From: Epiperipatus broadwayi
Lineage: Eukaryota > Animalia > Onychophora
DNA length: 64,000 nucleotides
Assembly: GCA_028023455.1 (NCBI GenBank)
Contig: JAQFVV010000003.1
Location: 29,884,001-29,948,000, forward strand
Direction of reading: 5' to 3'
The position numbers were made by a program, and so were the translations under genes. Below the pieces are notes generated by a model, which was given only the letters and a program-made list of their open reading frames with translations, did not search any database and was not told the origin of the DNA. Below, piece by piece: positions 1-12,672 of this stretch (position 1 is its first letter; every line of letters starts with the position of its first letter).

Positions 1-2616
1 CTTTTGAAAAGTTAAAAAATATCTTAGGTGGTATTTGGTTAGAGAATGATATTACAGAAAATGACTGTTCTTTCTGATTTCATGTAGCAGCAGATAAAAG
101 AAATAAAAAGATCAAGAAAATTAATGAATTTTTAGCATATCATGGATTAATTAAGTTATTTTAAATTGAAGAACTGCAATTGTGGAAAATAAATTTCAAT
201 TTTATATTTGAAATTATGATTTGCCCAATCTTGAAATGGTTAAAAAAAAAAAAAGCACAATATGATAAAGGGAAAAATTCTATTCATTTATGTCATGCAC
301 AGATTACATAGAAATAAGTCAATTTCCAATCTAAATTAAGCAATGTATGTACAACATCCTTTAAGTAACACACTCAAAGTAAAACTTCTTCACAATTCTC
401 ATAGAGTAACAGTGAAAAAGATGATCAATTACAGTGTGATGAGACTGGAAGTTATTCATTCATGATACTTTATAATTTACTAGATACTGATTTACCATAC
501 AATATTGAATGGTTAGCTGGATTGGTTACTTAAAAGAAAAATTCTAACTCTGGAATTTGAAAAGTTTCAGTTTTATTTAAGATTCATTCAAACCAAGATT
601 GTAGAACACTACATACCTTACAAATGTAAGTATATTTTTATTATTATTCAGTTTATTAAATAAATATATATGCAATAATTTTATTAAATGTTCTGTAGAT
701 TAGTTTTCCATTTTTCTTTTCAAATAATATATTTTCTCAATTATTTAATTTTAACATACTTTAAAAAAATTAGTAAGAAAAATACATTTTCTTTTTCTCC
801 CCATTTATTTCTATTTGATAGATATTTTGTAATTTTAATTTTTAGATTCCTTTCTTCTTATTAAAATATTAATACTCTTATGTAATTTGTTTTGGAACAC
901 ATTAGGCATTATTCTTTCTTAATAATTTTTCATATTAAATGATCTACAGTTAGATTTTACAATAACAATAAAAAAACAAAACTATTTTAAATCAAATCTT
1001 TATGTTTTAGAAATTTTTTATTAAAACATATGTCCAAATAATTAGAATTAAAAAGTGTTGTAATATAGAAGATTTCATGTCTGCCTTCAATCTAAAAAAC
1101 ATATTTAACAAAAAAAAATTATTCTACAACAAATTGTAATTTTTAAAAAAGTTAAAACATCTACATAAATAATGAAAGTATTATTTCAGATAAAATAATT
1201 TTCTACATTTAAAAAACATCAGTTACTGTTATTCATACGAAGCATTTCTTGTATGACATCAGAAAGTTTTCAGGAGGTTATACATATTATACATTTATTA
1301 AAAAATAAATATTTAATAATTTAGCACAAAAACAATTACAAAGATAATTTTTTTTCTGTCAATAATGATATAAATAATATAAAATTGTCAAAATTGACTA
1401 CACTGTGCAAGCAAAGAAATAAATTTTCAAAGTTATTTCTCTTCTTTTCTGATTATTGCTGCTACATAGGTAAAATAATTAAAACTAAATTAATTATTAA
1501 TTGATTGAAAAATATAAATCACAAATATTACTGAATAATTCAAATATAAATTATATCAAAATTGTGAAAATCATATAAACCAAATCACAGTGCTTATAAC
1601 ACAAACATCTTTCATTCAAAGAGGACAGAGGCATAATATCTTTAAGCAATTACCAAATAAGCATCTGGAGAATTGTCTAATTTGGAATAGACAATAAAAC
1701 ATTTCAAAATCATTCTATATAAAATTAAATAGTCATAAGTAATGATTTTAAATATAGAATTATAGGAATTAAAAATTGTGAAAGTCAATATTGAGATATG
1801 CATGTGTTATATTAACTCAAGGATGTGATACATTATGACTTGACATATAAATGTAACTGTATCAAATATAAAACTAATTTTGATTCAATCCTTGTCAAAA
1901 GATTCCATATCTTCTCTTTCAGTTAATGGTAAGATTCCTAGTATTCAAAACATGCATGTAATTATACTCTTAATTTCTTTATGTTTTAATGCCCATGGCA
2001 TTAAGAATTCTGATGTTGTGTAGAATAAACATTGCACATCGAAAAAGTTGCCAGCAATGTCATTAATAAATTCAGACTTTTAAATACTTAGAAAGATAAT
2101 AAAATGAAAAATATTTTATTTAAAAATTTCTTTTAATAAGTTCATATACATATTTTTTTATCATACAACTACCCATATTTTTTAATTTTATAAATGAACC
2201 AAATGAGATTGTTAATTGACTTAAATAGTACTACTGGATACATAACTAGAAAAATTATTTCAAATTGTTCTGCTTCATTTCACACACACACTCATATCAA
2301 TTTATAAAACACACTCTTACTCTTAAATCAGCTTATTTCAGAGTTAAAGTCTTCCAAACACCTTTCTAAATTGTACATTGAAAAAAAAAGACATACTTCA
2401 CCAGGTTAGTTAAAAATAATTATATATCCATTTACTGACCAATATTAGATACTATCTAGGATGAAAAAAGTTCTGAACTTGCTCATTATTTAAAAGAATT
2501 TTCAAACTCAATATGCACTTGAATTCTACATTATAGACATAGTTTGTGGTTACATTAATCATGATAAAAGATTCTACATATATATGCACACATAATAAAT
2601 ATTGTTTTCATTTCAG

Positions 2617-2834
2617 GTGGAGCTTCCATTCTAGATATAAATGATCAGAAAATAGGAATGGTAACAAGTGGATGCCCTTCACCATCACTCAAAAATAACA
2701 TTGCTATGGGTTATATCACTGCCAATCAGAGTAAAGTTGGGAATCAAGTCAAATTTGAAATTCGGAAAAAATTAATCGATGCTGTTGTTTCAAAAATGCC
2801 ATTTGTTCCAACACATTATTACATTAACAAGTAA
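2617..2834 (+). CDS. AMT: Terminal exon of mitochondrial aminomethyltransferase (glycine cleavage system T protein), C-terminal barrel domain
   Basis: tttcag acceptor, then phase-1 exon reading GASILDINDQKIGMVTSGCPSPSLKNNIAMGYITANQSKVGNQVKFEIRKKLIDAVVSKMPFVPTHYYINK*. VTSGCPSPSL..NIAMGY and KMPFVP are characteristic GCV_T_C motifs. Upstream exons were not found in the window. Confidence 0.93.
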
Positions 2835-2874
2835 TGATGTTTGTTGGCCGATGATCATTTATAGATATTATAAT

Positions 2875-2880
2875 AATAAA
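2875..2880 (+). terminator. Candidate polyadenylation signal of AMT
   Basis: First AATAAA, about 40 nt after the stop codon. The AT-rich background makes this weak. Confidence 0.4.
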
Positions 2881-5049
2881 TTATGTATTCTAATAATGGG
2901 AACTGAAAAAAAATCTTAAAAGATATTGTAAAAGCAATATATAGTAATATCTTGTATAACACATGCTTTGCTATAATGCAATTTGATTTTTAAAATAAAA
3001 GTAGTAGTTGTAAATATTAATTTTATTTCAAACATAAAATACTTTAATTATTTATATTTGAAAAAAAAAAAAAGAAGCTTTCATTGGCTCTTTGGTCAGA
3101 GTTTTTGCTTCTGTTGATTTAGGCCTAGTTAAGGAATAATGTGTTTACATACTCATCATTGTAATTCTATGGTTTACATGCTATGATTAAATTTATAAAT
3201 TATTACATTCCATAATAATAGTAATACAATAAAAAAGAAAATCAAAGAGTATACAAAGATGAAAGGGATTTAAATAAAAAATTGAGGGAACATATTGAAT
3301 GTTTTACTAAAATTAATTGCAATCTGAAGTCAAAAATTTTTTTAAAAGCATTCAGCCTCTGGAAAATAATTAAAAAAAAAGAAGAGATTCTATAAACTTT
3401 TTTTCATAAGTTATGGATTCATGTTTGAATTATAGTTGAAAATGTGAGTGTAGACAAGAATGCTTTTGTATGATTTCCCAACAAGTTAAAAACAATTGTT
3501 GAATAAGAAAGCCACAAGAATGAGCAAAAATTCAACATAGATGACATAATTGTTTTGGAAGGAAATACTTCCATAAGATTTTTTAGTAGCAAAGAAGAAA
3601 TCACAATCCAGATTATAAAATTTCAAAATATCAATTTTTTTAATTGACGAAAATGCATTTGCTGATGGAAAATTAAAATCCACAGTTGTTTACTGAGCTA
3701 GTTAACAATTCATATATTCTTAAAGAATATATAATAAGCAATTTTTTTATGGCATGCATAGATAAAGCAAATATTGTACATTATTTTTAATTTTTTCCTA
3801 TAGTTAAACAAATAATAATATGGATTTCATTTTTTTTTCTCCTATTAGATAATACATCTTGGTATCATTTAAAGAATTGTATAAAAATGTCAATAGTGTT
3901 TTTGCTGACCAATACAACATCTTTATTACAATCAACTGGTCAAGGAGTTAGTTATGCTTAAGATCTATATAAATTGAGACAAATTTTTATCATAACCTAT
4001 AGGGGTTATAATAGAATAAAAGAAGGATGCACTAATTTTAATAGAAATTTTGAAAAAAAAAAAAATTATCAAATATGTTAGTGAAAGCATTAGTAATTCA
4101 TAACACGAGATAAAAGCAAGAAATATACAATTTATATGTATAAATGATTTTACAGGATTTAAAATGCACAACTTAGAAATGATCTCACATGTCCTCTAAT
4201 ATTCTGAATTATAGTCAGAAGAGTACCAAAGTTGTTTACATAAGAATTTTTATTAAATAATCTCTTGAGATTAAAGATGATCCTAATACAGTGCCGCCCA
4301 TTGCCAATAGAGACATATAAATTGAGAAACAAAAACAAAACAAAAAAAAAAAATGTAAACAACCTTCATTATTTCCAAAATGATAAAAATTTTCTTTAAT
4401 TTTCAGAAATAAATTTTTCTGAAAATACAATATTTTTCATTTTTTTGGGCTCAAAAATCGATTATCAGCAATCCATATTATCCAAAATAAAAATATATTG
4501 ATCAGAATGGATCTTACAGTTCAAAACTTTTTCTAACCAATTAGCTGTGTTATACAAAATATTCCTATAATTCATGATTTTGTTTTTAGTTAATTTTTTT
4601 TTTTTGTAAAAAAATGTGTCTATGCTTTATATTTATTTTAAAAAATTAACAATTCTTGAAATTTTTATTTATTTATAGCATATAGAACATGTGTCTTTAT
4701 ATATTCAGGCATATCCTTTGACTGAATATTTATATTTTATAAGAACAACTCAGTTTGTAAATTACTCAGTTAGAGAATTAAAAATTGTATTAATTATAAA
4801 TTTAAATAAGATTTAATTTCATCAGAATATTCATAAGCATAAATTCAAATAAAGTATATATTATCTATTTTGTACTTTCATTGTATTATTTTAGGCCTAA
4901 ATTTTAACATATTGAAGAATTTATACTAAGAAATTCCATGATATTTTTACAAAATATATATAAACAATCAAAAATGCAAATTATAATGATGTAAATATGT
5001 AAAGCAATTGGGAAATCTTTTTTGTCTAACTAACTATTAAGATTGGCAC

Positions 5050-5650
5050 CCATATCGCAAAAAAAAAAAAAAAAGAATCTAGGAAGAAAGCATGAAAAGA
5101 TACAGAAAATAAAGTCTAGAGGGAAAAAGGAGAGAATAATAAAAAATGAGAAGTATGGAAGAAGCAAGTACTAAAAGATATTAAAAATAAATAAAGATTA
5201 TAAAAAAAGGCAAAAAAAAAACAAAACAACAAAACAAAACAAACAAACTAGAAAATGGGAGATAAAGGAGAAAAAATACAAGATGAAGAACAAAGTAAGC
5301 AGAATAGATTTAAAAAGAAAATGATAGCAAAAAAATTGGAAAGAGAAAAATATATGTTCTAGATAGAGAAGATAAACATATGGGAAATATGACAGGAAAT
5401 AAAGGGAAAAAAATAAGGAATAATATATAGACACGAGAAGAAGAAAAGATAAATGAGAAAAAAAAAAAAAAATGGAAAAATTTAAATGAGATGGAGAAAT
5501 CAGTGAAGAAAAAAATATGAGAACATAGAAAAGAAATAGGAAAAAGTATGAGAAAAAGAAATGAATATAATATGAAAAAAGAAATGAGATATATAGCTAA
5601 AAAATAAATGTAAAATAAAAAAAAAAAAATGAAAGAATAAGATGTAAGGA
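5050..5650. repeat. Purine (A/G)-rich low-complexity tract, continuing at ~6780-6900
   Basis: Near-exclusive A/G runs on +. The F/L-rich minus-strand ORFs here are compositional artefacts. Confidence 0.8.
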
Positions 5651-5775
5651 TTAAACCACCAAACATCACATGATCACCATTTCTTATGCTTGTTCATAAC
5701 TGTTATTAAAATAAACAAAACTCTCCATACAATAGGGCCACTCAGCGCAAGCCAGCCAGAAATACTCATCCAATA

Positions 5776-5817
5776 TCCTCAGACTATTTTCTAGCTTGTG
5801 GCTTTCATCAGTGAGGA
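5776..5817 (-). ncRNA. Type I hammerhead ribozyme motif A1
   Basis: TCCTCA-CTGATGA-AAGCCACAAGCTA-GAAA-ATAG-TC-TGAGGA: 6-bp stem I, intact CUGAUGA and GAAA, AGC/GCT stem II, GUC cleavage triplet. Base pair 10.1-11.1 and stem III are imperfect. Confidence 0.75.
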
Positions 5818-6231
5818 GCCTTGGATCTGAAAGCACTGCACCTAGATCTTAGGATCTAATACAACCCTCCAACAGTCACCTTTTACCTCTACCTAACTAT
5901 AAAACTACGAGTCTAAAATTGAAAATACAATATTTTCAATCCAAGCTCATCAGCTTTCATAGTCATATAGCTTTGAACTCAGTTCAGTACCCATACATTT
6001 TGGTATCTTTGGTTCTTTAATAACCATAACCACCACCATTATCCTATTAGACAGGATTGGCATTAAACCACTAAATATCACATGATCACCATTTCTTATG
6101 CTTGCTCATAACTGCTATTAAAGCAAGCAAAATTCTCCATACAGTAGTGCCACTCAGTGCAAGTCAGAGTAATCAATGGATGCCAGAAGGCTTGTGCATA
6201 AAATCCCTATCTAGTGCCTACTCATCCAATA

Positions 6232-6273
6232 TCCCCAGACTAATTTCTAGATTGTGGCTTTCATCAGTGAGGA
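6232..6273 (-). ncRNA. Type I hammerhead ribozyme motif A2
   Basis: TCCTCA-CTGATGA-AAGCCACAATCTA-GAAA-TTAG-TC-TGGGGA, 456 nt from A1. Confidence 0.7.
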
Positions 6274-6610
6274 GCCTACTGAGTAGTACTACTGTATGGA
6301 TAATTTTGCCTGTTTTAATAACAGTTATGAGCAAGCATAAGAAATGGTGATCATGTCATGTTTAGTGGTTTAATACCAATCGTGTTAATAGGGTAGTGGT
6401 GGCTATGGTTATTAAAGGACCAAAGACACCGAAATGTATGGGTACTGAACTGAACTCAGACCTATACTATAGAAGCAGATGAGTTTGGATTGAAAACATT
6501 GTATTTTCAATTTAGACTCATAGTTTTGTACTTAAGTAGAGATAAAAAGTGGCTGCTGGAGGGTTGCATTAGATCCAGAGATCTGGGTGCAGTGCTCTCA
6601 GATACAAGGC

Positions 6611-6652
6611 TCCTCATTGATGAAAGTCACAATTTAGAAATTAGTCTGGGGA
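6611..6652 (+). ncRNA. Degenerate hammerhead motif A3 (inverted copy)
   Basis: TCCTCA-TTGATGA-AAGTCACAATTTA-GAAA-TTAG-TC-TGGGGA, with a C3>U core change. Confidence 0.65.
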
Positions 6653-7584
6653 TATTGGATGAATAGGCACTAGATCAGGATTTTATATGCAAGCCTTCTG
6701 GCATCCATTGATTACTCTGGATTGCACTGGGTGGCACTACTATATGGAGAGTCTTGCCTGCTTTAATAAGATGTCAGGAAATGGAAGAAATTGAAAAGTA
6801 ATAAAATGGGGAAAAGAAAATTATAACAAGAAAAAAAAAGTACGAGATAAATAATAAAAGGAGGAAAGAGTAAAAATAATAAATGAAGAAAAAATAAATA
6901 TATCATAGTTACATTTCCAAAATTTATTTAATATAATGAAAAGAGGTATTAATGCAATGTGATAAAATTGTTAATTTTGTGTACAAAGTTGCATGCTTAT
7001 ATCCAAATTTTTACAGAAATAAAAATACATTTAAACACTGAACTATATTGCATGACTTTTGCATTATCAGTTTATTGGTGAAACTTAACTTTACAGCAAT
7101 AAATTATATGAAATACAATTTATTGTAAATTCTAAAATTGAGTCTAAAGACACATTAGCTGAAATATATAATTCAAAGTAAGTTACTGATTAATTATTAA
7201 TCATTTTCATGTTTCAACAGGTACCAAAACTTGGTATAAAATTATTTTATTCCTCTAGTCAGTTAAGTTGGTAGGGAAGCTGAATTCGGTCTACATATTA
7301 ACATTTACTTGAGTGATGTTTATTAATTATATCAAAAATAAGTAATCTTATAAAAATTAAGCTATCACTCGAGTCATTAAAATTTTAGGAAAATAAACTT
7401 CAGGCACATTTTCACTTTGGACTTCTTTTGACAATTCATTCTTTCATCCAAATTCATTTATATTTTCTACAGATGTTCATTTTATGATCTCTTTGTCATT
7501 CAGTCTTTGATTAGAAGATATTTTATAACATTTTTTGAAATTATTCATCTATGTTTATGTACACATTATTAATATGATTACAAT

Positions 7585-8260
7585 ATTTCAATGATATGGA
7601 TGGCTGAAAAGTTGAAGGTTGGAGTAGATTGAGACCTGTCCATTAAAGTATAAATATTTGCTATTTTAATATAAACTGAGCACTGATTATATATGTGTGG
7701 GAGATGATAATCCGGACCAACTGATGAGTGCTTGTTTAGCACAAAATATGCATATTGGTGATTATTTATCTTTTCTACATGTGTGTGGTCATGTGTATCA
7801 GTTGTATGAGATAGTATGGATAAATGGAAGGTGCTTAAAAATCTGAGTCCAAATCCCCTATACTTAGTATTTACTTCTGTAAAGTTGTGATCAATTATTA
7901 AATGCACAGGAAGTGTGTACATATTTCTAGAGAAAGGCTTTAACCCATTATCATATGCACCTTGAACATTTATAATAGTCAAACGATGTCTTTTTTTTGA
8001 CACATCAGACACAAGATAGTGAAGAGACTAACAGCTTCATGCTCCCAAATTAAGATGCTTCAGATTGGCCTATATAAATGGGCATTTAGGTTAAAGATAA
8101 AATTGGCTATTCTTATCTTTATAAAGTCACTATTTTGTGTTGAGGTCTGAGAAGTTCCTCTATAGTCAAAAAAAAAAGACATTGTTCAATGATTATAAAC
8201 ATTCAAGGTGCATATGATAAAGATTAAAACTTTTCTCTAAAAGTATTTACTTCTGTAATT
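7585..8260. mobile_element. Family B non-coding hammerhead-bearing element
   Basis: 7585-7860 is homologous to the 52.5-53.4 kb element. ~7925-8000 recurs inverted at ~8165-8240. Confidence 0.65.
7716..7759 (+). ncRNA. Hammerhead motif B1
   Basis: ACCAA-CTGATGA-GTGCT TGTTT AGCAC-AAAA-TATGCATA-TTGGT: stem I ACCAA/TTGGT, 5-bp stem II, GAAA>AAAA at a CpG. Confidence 0.65.
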
Positions 8261-8514
8261 ATACTGTAAACAGTTCACAAATATAGTATATAATATTATA
8301 GCATTTAGAGTTATTTTCATGATTATAAAATGTTCATATTGTATTTTTATAATTCCTGTAATTGATTTATTTTACGTGCTTTGAATGTCTGTATAAAAAT
8401 ATCTTTCTCCCCATAAAGATTGATTTCTGGTTCTGATAATGAACTTCAATAATTTTCTTTTTTCTAGTTTATGAATATAGATCCTCTTACACAAGAATAA
8501 AAAAGTATTTTATT

Positions 8515-10185
8515 ACATATATGCAAACTTCTTTATAAATCTTGATTTATTATATGAACTCTATAATAAAGTACAAAAAATATTCCAACATTTCAACTAT
8601 ACTTTTTTATAATCTTTATCAAGGAACAACTAAAAAAAATATGTAAATAAAACAATAAATATAAATACAAATATTCCATAATAATCCAATACACAGAGCA
8701 AATACAACCTTTCTAACAAACAAATTAAAATTTCCATTACATTCGTTTCTTAAATACCTGTCTTAAAATAACTCCTTATAATTATTCAATTAAAACAATC
8801 TATCCATTACAGGTTTCATTTCATTAATATAAATTTCTTCTTATATAATTCTTTCCTAATATGATTTAATACACTCTAATGATTCTATTTAAAAATTTTT
8901 ATGTTTAAATTTACTCATATGACCATAAACTGCAGAACTTTTATCATTTAAACATTGTTTTAATCTTGTTGCCAATTTATCCTTTGTAATTCCAACATAT
9001 GACATTTCTTTATTATCTTTAAAATAATCTAAACATTTTATAATATAAACTGAATTCATAACTTGTAAATTATCATAATCAATATCATTATTAATTAACA
9101 AATTTAAACTTTTTTTCTTTTTAGACAGACAAATAATATATTTTTTATTAATCATATTAAATAATTTTCTAATTTTAACAAACAAAACTTGTAAAATATT
9201 AAAATCAACATAAATTATATTACTATTCTTATTATCATTCTTATTTAATCTTATCCTATTATTCATTTTTTCAATATTTTTATAACAAAACAACCATTAA
9301 TAACATTGCTAGAATAACCATTTATAAAACATTCATATTTTATAATATTAATTTCACTTTTTAATAAATCTTCATTTAAACATAATTTAACAATTATTAT
9401 CAATATCTGAAAACCGATTACTTAATAGACCAATTTTTTTTTTTTTTTCTGTAAATAGAAGTTTCAATTACTGTCCTATTATTATTAGTTATTTTTTTAA
9501 TTCTAACATCCATACCTGTATATTCAATAATATTAACATTTTCTTTTTCCATATTAAATTTAATTTTATTCTCTTTACTATTAATATATTTCAAAAAATT
9601 ATCTGCTTTTCTCTTATTTCCATTAAACACCAAAAAATAATCATCCACATACCTTATAAAAAAAATTGACCTATTAATATTACAAACAAAATATTCTTTT
9701 TCAAAATTATGCATATACACTTAAACCAAAAATCCACTTAAATTATTTCTCATACTTAAACTCTCTTTTTTGTTTTAAAAAAACTACTTCCATATTTAAA
9801 AATAACATCCTTACAACAAATGACCAAAATTTCATATAATTGAAAACTTTATATTTTAAATTTAATTTCATTATTAACCTTATTAATAGCAACTTCCAGA
9901 TCAATATTAGTATACATACTAACAATATCTAATTTGATAAAATACACATTCTTAAAATTTTTATTTTTCAAAAATTCATTCAATTTATTAACAAACTGTC
10001 TAGAATTATTAATACTATTTTCATCATATAAAGTTATATATCTTTTAAAAACTTTTCTATAAATCCATTTTGAAATATTTTCATAAGTATTATAACTATT
10101 AATAATTGGTCTCATTGGAATATCTGATTTATGAATTTTAGGTAAACCATGCATTTTTGCACATTTTATATCCATTGTTTTTAAG
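8515..10185 (-). mobile_element. Penelope-like element 1, left arm (decayed RT + GIY-YIG endonuclease + 3' tail)
   Basis: Fragments HGLPKIHKSDIPMRPII, KLDIVSMYTNID, RYVDDYFLVF (RT) and VYIIKC...SYVGITKDKLATRLKQ (GIY-YIG). Confidence 0.9.
8582..8627 (-). ncRNA. Decayed hammerhead in the PLE1 left-arm tail
   Basis: GTTCC-TTGATAA-A-GATTATA AAAAAG TATAGTT-GAAA-TGTT-GGAAT. It converts to TTCC-CTGATGA-AGACTATA..TATAGTC-GAAACGTC-GGAA by C>T/G>A transitions only. Confidence 0.6.
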
Positions 10186-12070
10186 AAAGAGTGTTTTGAA
10201 ATGATAAATAGAGATAAGAGTATATTAATGAATAAAAAAGTTAATAAAATGTTAATAATGTGTGAAAAAGGTTAGTTTGATAAATTGGATATGTTTAAAT
10301 TAAAAAGAATGTATATAAAATGTGCAAAAAGTTATGATACCTAAAATTCATTAATCAGGTATTCCGTTGAGGTCAGTTATTAGTAGTTATAATACTTATT
10401 ATGAAAATATTTCAAAATGGATTTATAGAAAGGTTTTTAAAAGATATAACTTTATATGATGAAATTAGTCATAATAATTCTAGAGTTTATTAATATATTG
10501 AATGAATTTTTGGAAAATAAAGATTTAAAGAATGTGTATTTTGTAAAATTAGATATTGTTAGTATGTATACTAATATTGATGATCTGGACATTGCTATTA
10601 ATAAGGTTATGGAATTATATATAAGGGATAAGGAAATTAAATTAAAAATATAAAGTTTTCAATTATATGAAATTTTGGTCATTTGTTGTAAGGATGTTAT
10701 TTTTAAATATGGAAGCAGTTTTTTTAAAACAAAAAAGAGAGTTTAAGTATGGGAAATAATTTAAGTGGATTTTTAGCTGAAGTGTATATGCATAATTTTG
10801 AAAAAGAATATTTTGTTTGTAATAGTAATAGGTCAATTTTTTATGTAAGGTACGTGGATGATTATTTTTTGGTGTTTAATGGAAATAAGAGAAAAGCAGA
10901 TAATTTTTTGAAATATATTAATAGTAAAGAGGATAAAATTAAATTTAGTATGGAAACAGAAAATGTTACTATTATTGAATATATGGATGTTAGAATTAAA
11001 ATAATCAATAATAATAGTGTAGTAATTGAAACTTCTGTTTATAGAAAAATTTTTTTTTTGGTATATTAAGTAATTGGTTTTCAGATATTGATAATAATTG
11101 TAAAATAAATGTTATTAATAATAGGATTCAAAGGGCAATTAAATTATGTTCAAATGAAGATTTACCAAAAAGAAAATTAATATGATAAAATATGAAAGTT
11201 TTATAAATGATTATCCTAGGCATGTTATTAATGTTTGTTTTGTAATAAAAATATTGAAAAAATGAATAATAGGATAAGATTAAATAAGAATGATAATAAG
11301 AATAATAATATAATTTGTTGGTTTTAATGTTTAAAAGGTTTGTTTGTTAAAATTAGGAAATTAATTAATATGATTAATAAAAAATATAATATTATTTGTT
11401 CTGTTTATAAAAAGAAAAAAAGTTTAAATTTGTTAATTAATAATGATTATAATAATTTAGACGTTATGAATTCGGTTTATATTATAAAATGTTTAGATTG
11501 TTTTAAAGACAATAAAGAAATGTCATATGTTGTAACTGCAAAGAATAGATTGGCTACAAGATTCAAAAACATTTAAATGATAAAAATTCTACAGTTTATG
11601 GTCATATGAGTAAATTTAAAGATTTTAAAATAGAATCATTAGAGTATATTAGATCATATTTAAAACAATTATAAAAGGAATTTATATTAATGAAATAAAA
11701 CTTGTAATGAATAGGTTGTTAATTGAAAATAATAATAATAATAATTGTTTTAATTAAATAATTATAGGGAATTATTTTAAAAAAAGTATTTAAGAAACGA
11801 ATGTAATGTTAAGTTTGTTTGCTAGAAAAGTTTTAAGATAAGAGTTATTTGTTATATGTACTGGATTATTGTAGAATATTTGTATTTATATTTATTGTTT
11901 TATTTATATATTTTTTTAAATTATTCGGTGATAAAGACTATAAAAGAATATAGTCGAAATGGAGTATTTTTTGTATTTTATTATAATTCATATAATAAAT
12001 CAAGATTTATAAACAAGTTTGCATATGGTTTGTTTTGTGTATATATTGAAATTAATGGACTATTTTTTAA
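10186..12070 (+). mobile_element. Penelope-like element 1, right arm (inverted copy)
   Basis: KLDIVSMYTNID, MGNNLSGFLAEVYM, RYVDDYFLVF, VYIIKCLDCF...SYV. Roughly 85-90% identical to the left arm by eye. Confidence 0.9.
11923..11966 (+). ncRNA. Decayed hammerhead in the PLE1 right-arm tail
   Basis: GTGATAA-A-GACTATA AAAGAA TATAGTC-GAAA: perfect 7-bp stem II followed by GAAA. The cleavage triplet is deleted. Confidence 0.55.
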
Positions 12071-12672
12071 AATAGAAGACTGTGTTTGTTATTGATTTAA
12101 TTTATTTGAGTTATATATAGTTAGTTATTTAAATTTATTACTTGTCAAAGTAAATTCATGAGCCATTCCTGCTTCCCAATATGTTTAAAAAGCAAGGGAA
12201 TACATTTTTATATTATTAAGTCACATGGATTCCAGTTTAAATAATAATGTAGACTTTTAGATTCATGTTAATTATAAAACTTATCTTAATGCCAAATTAT
12301 AATTTTCATATTTGAAAAGTTAGCAAATATAAAACTATGTACTTTTTTATTATAAATAAAATTATAAATATATATAGTGCACAAGAAAATTTTTAATAGA
12401 TGGTTTTTTTTTTTTTTATAATTAAACAATTTCTTTTTAAATAAACAGTTTTTATTTATTTGTATAAACAATTAAATAAACATTTATGACTACATACATT
12501 TTTTTAAATATAATAATTTAAAACATTATTTTAAAATTCTTTGTCAAAATTTATAAATAAGCCAGACTATATCAAAAAAGAATTAGTCATATTAGTTATA
12601 TATATATATTTGTTAAAAATTTTATATATATATTGTACAATTTACATAGATATATACAGATAAATATATAAT

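Larger units (their letters stand above)
5651..6764. mobile_element. Family A non-coding hammerhead-bearing element (retrozyme/PLE pLTR-like): tandem ~456-nt units followed by an inverted copy
   Basis: 5651-6061 is repeated from 6062 to 6277, and 6290-6764 is the reverse complement. Flanked by aataagatgtaagga (5636-5650) and aataagatgtcagga (6765-6779), a candidate TSD. Confidence 0.75.

Noticed and set aside
571-625. 55-nt open segment with tttcag/gtaagt splice signals, phase-compatible with the AMT last exon
   Set aside because: The translation (FYLRFIQTKIVEHYIPYK) does not resemble the GPPAR-containing AMT segment expected there. Probably cryptic; no transcript evidence.
3200-4300. Possible very old PLE (FNIDDIIVL resembling YVDD)
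   Set aside because: Only one weak motif, with no ordered set of RT/endonuclease motifs.
5915-5960. Second CTGATGA...GAAA string in the family A unit
   Set aside because: No stem II. The GAAA is part of a separate TTGAAAATA/TATTTTCAA hairpin, and the inverted copy has CAGATGA.
9421-11070. A/G asymmetry between PLE1 arms (about 14 vs 3 in a hand alignment), suggesting ADAR hyper-editing
   Set aside because: Where the protein motif is informative (MGNNLSG), G is ancestral, so G>A decay of the left arm on a G-rich, C-poor strand explains it more simply.
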